Source: a virus
Length of the DNA: 64,000 nt
Virus record (IMG/VR): IMGVR_UViG_3300030419_002557
Span: 1-64,000 of that record
Strand: one strand, 5' to 3'
The notes below the pieces were generated by a model. It saw nothing but the letters and a program-made list of their open reading frames with translations, made no database searches and had not been told where the DNA came from. Below, in pieces: positions 11,601-19,628 of this stretch (its first letter is position 1; every line of letters begins with the position of its first letter). Both the position numbers and the translations under genes were made by a program.

Positions 11601-14600
11601 AAGTACCTTATTCACCCGACTGGTGTTCCAGAGTACAAAAGAGCTTTTGATCCAAAGCGAATTGATTCTAATAAAATCAAAGAGTTATTAGCCGCTGTAA
11701 AGGCAAACAAGAAGCTTACACCGAAACAAAGAAAAGAAAGAACCAGAAAGCTTGAAAGAGCACTGTTTGCACATGAGCACATTGAAAATGCTCAGCGCAT
11801 GTATGGCGCTGATCATCCAATCATTCAGCGGTTCGTCAAAGAGGCGAGAGTAACAGGCTCAACCGTCGATGTTATGTCTCCAGAATACAAAAAGGTTTTA
11901 GATGGACTTCACTCTAAATCCGTTGATAGAGACATCTTTGGTGATGTGGCGACATTGCAGCACAGGATTTGGGATGAATGGCGCGGATACCTTGATCCGC
12001 ATGTGATTGTTCACCCAGGTAGCGCTATGCTTCCGGCTGTAAGGCCAGCGGCCCTCAAGGCCGTGGTGAAAGCTTTGGAGGATTCTCTCCCAGAAATCCG
12101 AGACCCCCGTGTACAGGCAGAGCTTACAAGGCGGCACAGCCGCCTGACAAGCGGCCTGTTTGGTCGTGGATTTAGAGAGCTACACTCTTCGTTTAAAGAA
12201 GGAAGGTTTGGAGGAACCTCTCCGTTCGAAGACAGGCCGCTGCCTACTGAGCTTAGTCGCGGTGCTCTTTACATAGCTGATTCGTCGCCGCCATCGAGCA
12301 GCCTGGACGTGTTCCTTGAGGGCGGCTCTGACATGGCTGATTTTTTCAACCATGGTGACCTCTCTTCTCTGTTTAACCGTGGCAGCAATGCGCTCATGAT
12401 GTTGTTGGGAGAAGAGTTCCCAATGGTTATGGACATCTTTGTAGACAAGTTCGACAGCATAGTTGCTGATGACGGATCCCGTGTACTTACAGAGAGGGGT
12501 TTTGGCGAACTTAAAGAATCTTTCAGCACTTACTGGCACGATGGGCATGTTCGAGATCCTCGTCTTGATATTGCGTATGACAGTGTCAAAGACAGGCTTG
12601 CTGTGTTTTGGCGTCGATTGCGGCACAGCGCTGACCGGACAAACCCCGGCGTCAGAAGGTTTTTCGATGAGTGGCTTGGTGTTCTAAACGATGCAAAGAA
12701 AGAAGCGATGCTTGATGTTAAAAACTCTGCTGAGTTTAAAAACATCCCGAAGATACAGATCGAAGAGTTTAAACCAGGCCAAGCTTCTGAACTGCTTGAA
12801 ACAGAACAGGTAGCCAAAAGAGGGCGAGCAAGAGAAAAGGCTCGCATCGATATGGACGAGGGACGGATTCGTTATGCCTTGGGCCTTACCGATGAAGTGA
12901 CCGAGGTCGATGCTTTTAGCGCGATGGAAAAAGCCGTAGGCTACGTCGCAACTGAAATGTCGAGGCTTAAGCACACCAACCACTGGGTTTCTTTTTCAAC
13001 AAGAAGCGTTGTTCCGGCGCGTCTTCTGCCTAAATACTTGGAAGAAGCACAACTTAGAAACTACTCTGTGTTTGGCGACCCGCACGTTCTTAAGAAGCAG
13101 TTTGAGAGAATCCCGCTTGAGCGGGTAAAGCTTGATGAGTTTGGTGAGCCCGTGATGGACACACCGTATGGTGTAGTCGAACCACAGCCTGTAATGGAGG
13201 TTGTGACAGAGGTTCTTCCAGATGGAACGGAGCGAGTAGTAGAGATTGATGTCATCAATCTTAATGAGCTACAGCAAGATCGGTTGAAGCAGTTGCTTAT
13301 TGAACTGGCTGTTGACCCAAGAACAAAACAGTTAACCCAAGAGGTTTTGGGGGAATACCTTCTTCCAAATGCAAATCTCGATCAGATTCCTTTTAAGCAC
13401 TATGAGTTCATCACTCAGGAACTATTGAGAGATCACGTTGTTGGAATCGGGTCAGGCATGACCAAGGAAATCAAGAATGTCCCCCGATCTCTCGGGTTTG
13501 CCGCCGTTCAGGCTCTTATGGGGCCCAGGGGGCTTGGAATGTTTGACAATATCCAGTCCCTCCAAAAGAGCCTTTCTCAGAAGTTCAAAACACGAGCCCC
13601 TCTTGCACACATGGGCAAGAATAAAGACGGGAAAGTTCGAGACGGCCAAGTTGTAAGCCCCATTGTTCAGGAGCTTTTTCAGCGTAGAATGCGCCAGATT
13701 GATGACATTCCAAACTGGATCAAGCGAGTTCAGAGCGCGTTGGCGAACAGGCAGAACCCTGCTGGCGTTTGGGAGGTGATTGAAGGTCTTCAAAACGTGC
13801 TTGAGCAACCTATTCATCAGCACACATACCGAGTGTTAGACCGGCTTGAGCTTTTGTTTATGGGAGAAGCAAAGGGCATTAACCCTAATCAGGTCGGTGA
13901 TGCACTAGATGACATTGCCAGGGCGTTTGCTGACAACAGGTTGATGACCAAGTCTGAGCGTGCAGCAATCAATCTTCTTAGAGACTTTGAGCGCATCAAG
14001 ATTTTAGAGCCCGAACGAACAATGGTTAAGGGCGACAAGGTTTATATTAAAGATCCTGCTCAGAGGGAGGCAATAGCAGATGCCTATATGGTAATACAAG
14101 AGGGTATCGCCAGGCGTCTTGAGATTGCAGATCAACATGCAAGAATCATCATGGAGGGCATGGGTGGTTCTCCAGAACAGAAGGTAAAGCTTTTTAGGAC
14201 TGGAGATGGTCAGCTTTCCACAATCAACAGAGACAGAGCTATTCGCCTTTATGACAGCTTTTATAAAGGCGAGTGGGGAGCGCTTCTTGACCAACTGGCA
14301 AGAGAAGGGCTGTCAACAGGTACTGCCCTGAAGTATCCGGGCAAGTTCAACGTCCTTCACGCAATGCTTGAGACAGTGATTCGATTGAGGGCTCAAAGCA
14401 TTTTTATGGACTTGGTCAATGACATGACCGACATGGGTATGTCTGTTCGCATTGAGGACCTGGCTCCAAAAGACATCACCAACATGGCCGAAAAGCGAGC
14501 CTTTGCTCAGCGCGTAAAACTTTACCTCAATGAGGAGCTTAAGTTTGGTGGCCCGCTTCAAATAGTGGACGAAACTGGACGAGTTTATGATGCAACAGAA

Positions 14601-16919
14601 GCATTCGAGCGGGTCAGAACTGAGCCGCTAACTGGACAAAAGATCCAGGGGGCCGGGCCAGGCGCAGAAGATTTTTCAAGAGAAGCGAGGGCGAGAGCAA
14701 GCAAAATCGGTGCCTACAAGCCTATTCATGAAAGAATGGGCGACGTTATTCATAAAACAAAAGTTCACGATCTCGAAGCCTTTACGGTCGCCACACAGCT
14801 AATCGAGCAGTGGGGAATGAAGATTGGCGCTAACATTGAAAACTGGGAGTTGGTGAGGTTTGCGGACGGTTCCGAGGCCCTGGTTCCAAAGCTTCTTCTT
14901 GATGAAGTTCAAGACGCTATGGACAGGGTTGCTGGTCAGGCTTCTGCAAGACAGGGAGTCACCAGCCGCTATCGTTTGCAGCCGAAAGGCTTCTATGAAG
15001 GGTTCCTCCCAGAGGTCGGGCAGCCCCCACTGAAAACAAAAGCAAAGGTTTTTGTTGGCGATGCGATCAACTTGCTGAGCAACTCATTCAATGTCAGCTA
15101 TCGACTAATGAAAATGGGCCTTACGTCAGGGCTCTTCATAGTCAATCTCCCTTACTACATGGCAAACGCCTTTGGTGCTCAACTACAGACGTATCAAGCG
15201 CTTGGTTTGAAAGGGTATTTTTCCTCAATGAGTCGACCAATGCTGGCGTTAGAGATTTCCGCAGCTTTGTGGGGTGACGCACCAACTATGCGGTGGACAA
15301 AGGTAAAGCCTGTTGTAATGCCGGACGGTACAGTCTGGACAAAAGAGTCTTTGACAAGAGCCGCTCACGAACACGGTTTGTCCGGCTCATTCCTGTCAAA
15401 AGAAACAGCAAGGACCGTTGCCGAAGATTTGAAGAAGAAAGAGCCTACCTTCTGGAACAAAATGACTGCCGCGCCAAAGTTCTATCACGCGCAGCTAATC
15501 AACTTTGCGACGTTCCTCGACAACTATCATCGTGTTGCAATCTTCGTTGAGCAGATCGGAAAAGGCGCTTCGGCAAGAGAAGCAGCAGCCGTGTCAAGGA
15601 AAGCGCTGTTTGACTATTCAGACCTCACTGACTTTGAAAAGAAATACATGAGGCAGATCTTCATCTTCTATTCGTTCCAACGAAAGAACATTGATTTGTT
15701 CTGGGACACCTTGTTGACCAACCCCCACAGGGTAATGGGGCAGTTGCGATTTGCCCGTGGTTTAAACCAGACCTTTTTGGATGGTGATGAACGCCTAATT
15801 GAAAGCGACTGGAGTCTTGGCCGCGTTGGTGTGAAATATCAAGATTTTGCAGCCAGCAGATTTGTACAGAAAGCAAGGTACAATGCGCCTATTTTTCCTG
15901 TTCAAGAAGCCTTGCGCGGACAATTAGACTTTCTTAGTTTTCTCGGCAGTTTTCTTCCTGGCGAGGGACTCATGGAAGGCGAGAAAAGAATGAAGGCACG
16001 CTTGAAGTTTTTAGGAAGGCTGAACCCTTGGCTTCAAGCGCCCTTAGCATTAACTCTCAACAAGACATTCTTTGGCGCAAGACCTATGAGGCCAGAGAGA
16101 ATTCCGCTGTTTATGGTCCAGCATGACTTATTAACAACAGGTGGAATAGTGATGCGCTCAATCGGCGCTCAAGCCAAAGCATTGAAGCGATGGGAAGAGC
16201 AAGACTACCCAGGGCAAACACATGCATACTATGCCACAAACACCACCGCTTGGTATCTGTTGCAGAACCTGTGGCATGGGCCGCTGCCGGTAATGCCTAT
16301 GCGTGAGGACATTCCAGGCACAAGTAAGATTCGAAAGTTTGTTCCAGGTGGAGAAGCAGTTGGAGAAGCTCTCGACCATATGCCTCTTGGATATGTGCTT
16401 CGAGCGCGTCCGCTCAAGGGATTGAAAGAGGGAACATTAAGTTACACCACTGCTGGTCGCATGATGGATACGATTGAGCGCCTAAACAGGGCGGGCGGTG
16501 GTGTTCTACGTCCAGATATTGTCGATGCTCAACTTAGAGCAGACATGGCGCACTACAAAGGCCTGGTTGAGTCTGGAAGAAGAGAGCCTCTCTTTGGCAA
16601 CATTGGAGAAGAGGAACGCCTTACATCTCAGGAGCTAAACGCAGCAGGGTTCCGTGTTGATCCAGAAACTGGAAACGTGGCGTGGCGTGATGACGCGCAA
16701 GGCGTTCCCGTTCGTGGGGCAAGAGGCCGACCAGGCATTCAGGAAGGTTGGTTGTCAATCGTGTTTAGTCCCCAAAAAATCTACACCGAAGAATATGCCA
16801 TTCTTATGGAGCACTACCGCTATCGACAATTGCTTAAAGCTGCTTTGAAAAAGCAGTTTGCTGTAGACTATGACAAAGAAATCCTTGAAGGCCGATACAT
16901 ATCAGAAGGTAGTGACTAG
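2685..16919 (+). CDS. Giant (4,744 aa) polyvalent virion/ejection protein: two zincin HExxH domains, a putative HhH-GPD glycosylase-like domain, and a C-terminal domain typical of large polyvalent proteins
   Basis: Uninterrupted ORF. HELGH..EWFAENFA (7224-7403); HELVH..NEKEFVAYGLTN (8217-8447); PGMATKISAF..ALDIHM (11195-11282); ALFDYSDLTDFEKKYMRQIFIFYSFQRKN (~15600-15690). Confidence 0.75.
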   Translation: MATPSVPGAGRAGVRANEEEEQEGYPEGWAVPEPPPVSLEEAEKLKIRLQEAVLDWAQKTHPGLTEEERKEKAEEKWETLRVHDDLSSDAARAHAAYETEEDNADFELLRVLVPREAVFPLPGSWSPTASMHQRLEDRKLFSIANSLQKADGLSPEEAMVRAHQSPVSRHEGGGLDFAQRFESFERMINRPGAFGAVVDIAKESAVGEAIQSGVGYAWDFVTLDTGAAPAEDYYGGARGKEWWTKRSTPFNVQAVFKGHADADAFEDVLFKEYRGEERPWYETVEMRAHKGEAYQDEIDLFNKNVDRRNELMSGNAEFIDLFGQWVKQREAFLEEVGNLNYGLWDHLDFDNAYAARNVNWIGNYRQGTKRPERYSSTYSEDRAAWGEASTFPKDSQLYERVEAAVEMWKMVDQLDPNSAMYSSAKERLDRALGNIPNDMFPDSLLRTTHRNTYGESSFATRAGHVRNSTWGDVSMVANPLFELATLDLDFSGVKTSAQAVGHLGLQTASTLYHGWDNYLWDWTHLGLLNLMPEDIGLTAEALYGNSAIEDFKKFFDNEELVSDDLEERKAILYRMALGMSRAEMHLNKFVLDVPELSRFKDAFLSAQDFPVAPEVALNGATPPGGGEYLTHSVGEIMDAAKESAESEGMTLEEYVNSDTGWANISQKLNKLKLYKLPHAMSSGLINAMGGYEGFRKHVERYVGAREHYFGREDRQAGNFAMETLGNAMSDTYIDGGNIRVTENTAGSVMRIGSTLLFDPVAETAMDLLFDPFMELKDQLGGRAWHGRANDRGGIQDWFYGLENPEGAGFWGRLQDAALNGLRYDKTDSEYRNLIGAGIALDIWVPGEGWALTAMSRPLVGTARLGKLMEDIPGMRISSDTLRAAYLPEGVFGAGSLWEKIAPAEDIADYERAVDVAEESATARRDAEVDDRSRFQRARTAVFGDPEVNLAKKRLKRARAYRQGTMGWRSWTPFAKPRELKAEFGGMHDITKIAAEQHFNNNLTQGVHPLEGFGPKFRSNVYEVMRRAGVKGEEVDRVLRDSSQMRSARFLSEAAERLTNVDDYTMQIRESALYSRLRDELEAANHRTPLHYKNLRGVDAVDAWMAMVETIGVAFARTRGLEDGLKATEQFMQQRLAEIDSGRLIEPPSRAIAGDTRGFDSAKQGLMDGVPSDQIKIREVNLDNEAELLAMKNSSEYETVRAIGDKQALRSMSMSLLVTLLGRVEAGSNVGADILGEIAHRLSKEFADSPGTAQSKFDEFVELLSQAEEDLLSRLPNQADRVQNLFDNILNDISERVRLARETLDESSTAKATKVQADTGRAQIVQAIRKLVEGDLLEAEQGAVLEALVMSLPERVLRDIRLSEQIAGIARGNAARSLPLLSEGGPVDRLISSVEFYGFADEVGTLKAGENALFVGATVDEVLQAIRFKRDENQGFKSLGIRYVSKKKNPDTGKAYTARELAEKYVDAETWMRRQQGESFSPEKIEQLVNQFEKALHAYKKGSDRVGPRTYQFLHELGHAISMSFLSDSEIAILSKAFRDELDDFGLFRDTPYTREFSTMTDVQFTEWFAENFAEYVITHQLPKVLAGDAGSSGLLRIFSNIMERLSNYFSSWFRRAPRAKTDFHPALANVIDRLFDGKAAAMASRREIALRRASRYQMRLSDEGIFSTLSVQRSGLDGQYIPELDDVEVAEDLLRMDEGPQVDVVDAEKSNIPSDVGLGELSLDEANAAMRQAKTGSQLADFISENASDPVHQRIAERIKPHLNDTEVHVIEGPDDIPEAIYEMEKKGTLPKLVAYQIATLSAHESRLRSVTRGLNWSPEGDAFNDVFLRGNKAYSGTTAETALHELVHAATVRRLSDGNLSANKGTALQKATSDIFDLRNQVVKIAKQAQKDKTLDPAIEDILIRATANEKEFVAYGLTNKTFQDYLMTIKVEDKSMWNVFVEKIADLLGVAKKDQNALTDLVRMTDELLDAPLEELPSRPLTEWLTLMEEPVGAAARAADDVEITVAAVGMRPEFMEAQLLMNRANEARKSRDAATNAGTRRMYQRQLDTANRRLYLLLEPDLKKALTEGLDPDVVQITNLTEAGGFERSLGAFADYAPEGGFYVTLKGPRDIILGRVAEYSRAYNQDAMLVRERIKTVDIDKTKPLIEQISFDDKGVQRGATARIVIPRAFEGKLAQAIMQTIAKNETGATIRLDTLEDGRGVIELVHVPEWIPAQYASVETFRDIVEKVAGDIKEHTKKKKLGDVEVTFEQESVYAVSHSRGAPDAANNPGLYEYWIERSRNQLRKQGRDAAPLFELAEEGVGTGPVTRGPRLQPGGDRPAVNGSNSLLDIPGAARRIGPEIRRVLNERDAFDSGHLSEELAAEFNVQSEIAGGTPHDIVDLEVDSGLKQRISLSEITPNQASEIKSRLGTANPLEDVSFDVEFTVERVTETPEGKVVERSKVSVPVFPVLKATDFAGAKGQKVLIPGGMEGTFSFSDVQYLARRPIEMILEEAATKWWDDLPKNDDGVNIFGKREDLGNYDEIMAQYKEAYSSMLDRMYDKLHNSYGLEKHRPKNEEIFDGGRFKSKEAKFQWEQEIEIHMMDVASQYVFAYLSMQTNLLDNQAFAAVVRPRSFADLSDMVNRYRTAKRNKGSDLDRDEANHILGFSLTLSEGVLKNRFGKKTKLADVETDILPIIQIHDWTKPGGPLITVQSVDIAPLNADKIAGKTRKALARYVKSKEKVAKKEALLARTKDASKRKRIRAELRAAIKEMQAADVQHQALLNSVSTQDVVQLTGDIALSSPANTTRLLEMYEMMHEDFLRVQKGELKHGFFERYPGEDWDAFSDRVSSMVPGMATKISAFGIYWQNPIAASIGALDIHMIGMIGPELFKEQRWLNKAEGWYRDWQSIKSDAAKKHLKEVAETALIRDTGTEPTKTAISKKAKEMLSSELKERARVSFEDFLSTGKSNPAYTFWREQLRGEITAPEKYLIHPTGVPEYKRAFDPKRIDSNKIKELLAAVKANKKLTPKQRKERTRKLERALFAHEHIENAQRMYGADHPIIQRFVKEARVTGSTVDVMSPEYKKVLDGLHSKSVDRDIFGDVATLQHRIWDEWRGYLDPHVIVHPGSAMLPAVRPAALKAVVKALEDSLPEIRDPRVQAELTRRHSRLTSGLFGRGFRELHSSFKEGRFGGTSPFEDRPLPTELSRGALYIADSSPPSSSLDVFLEGGSDMADFFNHGDLSSLFNRGSNALMMLLGEEFPMVMDIFVDKFDSIVADDGSRVLTERGFGELKESFSTYWHDGHVRDPRLDIAYDSVKDRLAVFWRRLRHSADRTNPGVRRFFDEWLGVLNDAKKEAMLDVKNSAEFKNIPKIQIEEFKPGQASELLETEQVAKRGRAREKARIDMDEGRIRYALGLTDEVTEVDAFSAMEKAVGYVATEMSRLKHTNHWVSFSTRSVVPARLLPKYLEEAQLRNYSVFGDPHVLKKQFERIPLERVKLDEFGEPVMDTPYGVVEPQPVMEVVTEVLPDGTERVVEIDVINLNELQQDRLKQLLIELAVDPRTKQLTQEVLGEYLLPNANLDQIPFKHYEFITQELLRDHVVGIGSGMTKEIKNVPRSLGFAAVQALMGPRGLGMFDNIQSLQKSLSQKFKTRAPLAHMGKNKDGKVRDGQVVSPIVQELFQRRMRQIDDIPNWIKRVQSALANRQNPAGVWEVIEGLQNVLEQPIHQHTYRVLDRLELLFMGEAKGINPNQVGDALDDIARAFADNRLMTKSERAAINLLRDFERIKILEPERTMVKGDKVYIKDPAQREAIADAYMVIQEGIARRLEIADQHARIIMEGMGGSPEQKVKLFRTGDGQLSTINRDRAIRLYDSFYKGEWGALLDQLAREGLSTGTALKYPGKFNVLHAMLETVIRLRAQSIFMDLVNDMTDMGMSVRIEDLAPKDITNMAEKRAFAQRVKLYLNEELKFGGPLQIVDETGRVYDATEAFERVRTEPLTGQKIQGAGPGAEDFSREARARASKIGAYKPIHERMGDVIHKTKVHDLEAFTVATQLIEQWGMKIGANIENWELVRFADGSEALVPKLLLDEVQDAMDRVAGQASARQGVTSRYRLQPKGFYEGFLPEVGQPPLKTKAKVFVGDAINLLSNSFNVSYRLMKMGLTSGLFIVNLPYYMANAFGAQLQTYQALGLKGYFSSMSRPMLALEISAALWGDAPTMRWTKVKPVVMPDGTVWTKESLTRAAHEHGLSGSFLSKETARTVAEDLKKKEPTFWNKMTAAPKFYHAQLINFATFLDNYHRVAIFVEQIGKGASAREAAAVSRKALFDYSDLTDFEKKYMRQIFIFYSFQRKNIDLFWDTLLTNPHRVMGQLRFARGLNQTFLDGDERLIESDWSLGRVGVKYQDFAASRFVQKARYNAPIFPVQEALRGQLDFLSFLGSFLPGEGLMEGEKRMKARLKFLGRLNPWLQAPLALTLNKTFFGARPMRPERIPLFMVQHDLLTTGGIVMRSIGAQAKALKRWEEQDYPGQTHAYYATNTTAWYLLQNLWHGPLPVMPMREDIPGTSKIRKFVPGGEAVGEALDHMPLGYVLRARPLKGLKEGTLSYTTAGRMMDTIERLNRAGGGVLRPDIVDAQLRADMAHYKGLVESGRREPLFGNIGEEERLTSQELNAAGFRVDPETGNVAWRDDAQGVPVRGARGRPGIQEGWLSIVFSPQKIYTEEYAILMEHYRYRQLLKAALKKQFAVDYDKEILEGRYISEGSD

Positions 16920-16979
16920 AATTGGCTTTCCGTGTTACCCTTTCCACAACCCAACCCAGACTCTCATTAGGAGATAAGA

Positions 16980-17603
16980 ATGTCCTCAATCCCACAACTT
17001 GTAAATGGCAACGCTCTTGAGCATGGAATCACCATGTTTGTAGACCATGGCGCTGGCAGCGCATCTCAGATGCACGTCGGCGGTCAGGCTAACGCCGATG
17101 TTGCCGCAGGCACCGTAATCAACGGTGACGGCGAAGGAACAACCGAGACTGAGACTACCGAGTACACGATTCCAGCCAACACTCTTGTTGCTGGTTCAAC
17201 CATCCGGGCCAAGTTCTATGTGCATTGCCCATCAGGAAATGGTTCCGACACAACTCAGATTGGATTGCGATTTGGCTCAAACACCACCGCAAGCAGCAAC
17301 TCGGGAATCGAAACCGCTGCTACTGATCTTGACAACAGTGGTGCTGTTTGTGTCGGTGATGCTGTCGTTCAAATCCGCACTGCCGGGTCTGGTGGAACCG
17401 CCGTTATGTTTGGAACCGTCGCTTTGGATACGGCTGCTGCCGTCGCTCTGAGTCACGACGAAAGTGGTGCGCTGGCAACTTTTGCTGTCGATACAACAGT
17501 AGACAACTACTTGAGCGTCACGGTTACGCTTGGATCCACCAACGCATCAATGGTTGCCCAATCCGAAGCCTTCATTGTAGACATTTACAATCCGTCTACC
17601 TGA
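16980..17603 (+). CDS. Putative virion structural protein (beta-rich, T/A/G-rich)
   Basis: RBS AGGAGA; composition; position in the structural module. Confidence 0.6.
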   Translation: MSSIPQLVNGNALEHGITMFVDHGAGSASQMHVGGQANADVAAGTVINGDGEGTTETETTEYTIPANTLVAGSTIRAKFYVHCPSGNGSDTTQIGLRFGSNTTASSNSGIETAATDLDNSGAVCVGDAVVQIRTAGSGGTAVMFGTVALDTAAAVALSHDESGALATFAVDTTVDNYLSVTVTLGSTNASMVAQSEAFIVDIYNPST

Positions 17604-17628
17604 TTCATCCACCTTCTAATAGGAGGCC

Positions 17629-18060
17629 GTGATGGCTGATCAGGGCTTTGTTGTTAACGATGCAGAGCAGGCGAGCATTGGTACGTCTTACTCTGCTGGG
17701 CAGGCGATTCTTCTTCATGAGGATTTGACAGCAGATCCTTTGTCGAGAGCAATGCCACAGGCTTGTTATCTATCTCACCTTGAGCTTCAGCTTGACGTGA
17801 CTTCTGGATCTCCAGCTACTGTGTCTTGTTTCTTGACATGGGATTCGTCAGGTGATGACCCGCTTTCTGCGGAGGCTCAACTTATCAATCTTCATGCTGG
17901 TATGACTGACACAAGCCTTAGAAACACCGCAGTTGCGACTGATGTCTATGTTCGTGCTCCGACAGGACAGACAACGGCAAACAAGTGCTATTTGTTTTTA
18001 AAGGTCAATGATGGTGCTGTAACATTGAAAAAAGCCCGTCTTCTTTGGGCTGTGAGGTAG
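17629..18060 (+). CDS. Putative structural protein
   Basis: RBS AGGAGG; 143 aa, beta-rich. Confidence 0.55.
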   Translation: MMADQGFVVNDAEQASIGTSYSAGQAILLHEDLTADPLSRAMPQACYLSHLELQLDVTSGSPATVSCFLTWDSSGDDPLSAEAQLINLHAGMTDTSLRNTAVATDVYVRAPTGQTTANKCYLFLKVNDGAVTLKKARLLWAVR

Positions 18061-18065
18061 GGTAA

Positions 18066-19241
18066 ATGGGGATTAGCTCAGGGTTTTTCAATAGATTTGG
18101 CAACCAACGAGTAGTTGGAACAGACCTTGAAATCGACACTTCAGACGGCACTGTTTCTGTCGATGAAGTAAACAATAGGGTTGGCATTGGTGACACAGCG
18201 CCTGGAACGAAGCTTCAGGTTACTGATGCCGCACCTTATGTCACCTTGAAGAACTCAACATCCGAGAACTCAGATGGTGGCTGTGAATCGAGGCTGATCT
18301 TTGAAGATCACGCCAATGTTTCGCTTGGACAGATTGAGGTAAGCCATAGCGGCTCTTCTGATGACACCAAAGGCAAGATGATCCTGTCTACGCATACAGG
18401 GTCCAGTCTTGTTGCCGCCATTACAGTCAATGAAGCCCAGAACGTGGTGTTTGCTGGCGACCTTAGAGTCTCCGGTAACAACATCGTAGATAACGGTGGG
18501 TCTGCGGGCATCTCGTTTGATGGTTCTGGGAACACCCAGGTTGATGGTGACCTCACTGTGAACGGCGGTGATCTTCAGTATTCAAACGGACAGAACGCAA
18601 CTATCGGAATTGCTGCTGTTTCTGGCACCAACACTGCCGGTAGGAGCCTGACGATTAGTGGTGGGCAGAGCACAGGAAACGCCGCTGGTGGCTCTATTGT
18701 CTTCAAAAGTTCCGCAGCCGGTCTTTCCGGCAGTAGCGCCAACAGTTTGGCTACCGTGTTTACCATTGAGGAAGATGGCGACATTATTGTTCCTGGCGAC
18801 ATTGAAGTCGTTGATGGCAAGGCTGTTGTTGACAGCAATAACGCTAAAGTGCTGAAGTTCTGCACGGTTGGAAGCGCGGTCAACTACCTTGAAGTTGAGA
18901 ACGCAGCAGACGGAAGCGCCCCGGCGATTAGCGCTCTTGGTGACTCGGCCAACATTACGATTTCAATGAAACCAAAAGGCACGGGAGGCCTTCGGGTATA
19001 CGGGTCAACAGCATCGGCTGCCAGTATTCTTCTGAATGAAGATGCCGATAACGGCACCAACTTTGTTCAGATTCTATCAGCCGCAAACATTGGTTCGAAC
19101 TTCAAAATCATTCTTCCCGCTACAGTTGGGGCTACTGGGAAAGTCCTCCAGTCAACAGTTTCGAGTAACGAGGCGACGTTGGATTGGACGGACTTAAGTT
19201 CCGACGCCAGCCACATTCTTCACATGCAAGTTTTCTCATAG
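18066..19241 (+). CDS. Tail fibre/spike-like protein
   Basis: NNRVGIGDTAPGTKLQV motif, G/S/T-rich beta repeats, and a C-terminal ILPATVGATGKVLQ..LDW segment typical of fibre proteins. Confidence 0.7.
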   Translation: MGISSGFFNRFGNQRVVGTDLEIDTSDGTVSVDEVNNRVGIGDTAPGTKLQVTDAAPYVTLKNSTSENSDGGCESRLIFEDHANVSLGQIEVSHSGSSDDTKGKMILSTHTGSSLVAAITVNEAQNVVFAGDLRVSGNNIVDNGGSAGISFDGSGNTQVDGDLTVNGGDLQYSNGQNATIGIAAVSGTNTAGRSLTISGGQSTGNAAGGSIVFKSSAAGLSGSSANSLATVFTIEEDGDIIVPGDIEVVDGKAVVDSNNAKVLKFCTVGSAVNYLEVENAADGSAPAISALGDSANITISMKPKGTGGLRVYGSTASAASILLNEDADNGTNFVQILSAANIGSNFKIILPATVGATGKVLQSTVSSNEATLDWTDLSSDASHILHMQVFS

Positions 19242-19250
19242 GACTACTAA

Positions 19251-19628
19251 ATGGCCACCATTACTAAAGAAAGACTAAGCGGATCGACAAACGGTAAGCA
19301 GATCCTTATCACTACAACCGCGAGTGATGGAACTGGTGACGCGGGGCTTAGCACGGCCAATGTGATTCACACTGCTGTTGCTAACGCTACGGACTGGGAC
19401 GAAGTTTGGCTTTGGGCAAAGAACACCCACAGTGGCGATGTAATGCTGACAATCGAGTGGGGAGAAACAACCGCCAACAACATCATCAAAGTAAATCTTG
19501 ACGAGGACGCTGGCTTAGTTCAGATCATTCCTGGCCTTATTATTCAAAACAGCCTTGAAATACGCTGCTTTGCTGCGACTGCAAATGTTGTTGCCATTTC
19601 AGGTTTTGTAAACAGGATTGATTACTAA
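19251..19628 (+). CDS. Small virion protein (DEVWLWA family), paralog of 21529-21915
   Basis: DEVWLWAKN...NVVAISGFVNRI. Confidence 0.65.
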   Translation: MATITKERLSGSTNGKQILITTTASDGTGDAGLSTANVIHTAVANATDWDEVWLWAKNTHSGDVMLTIEWGETTANNIIKVNLDEDAGLVQIIPGLIIQNSLEIRCFAATANVVAISGFVNRIDY

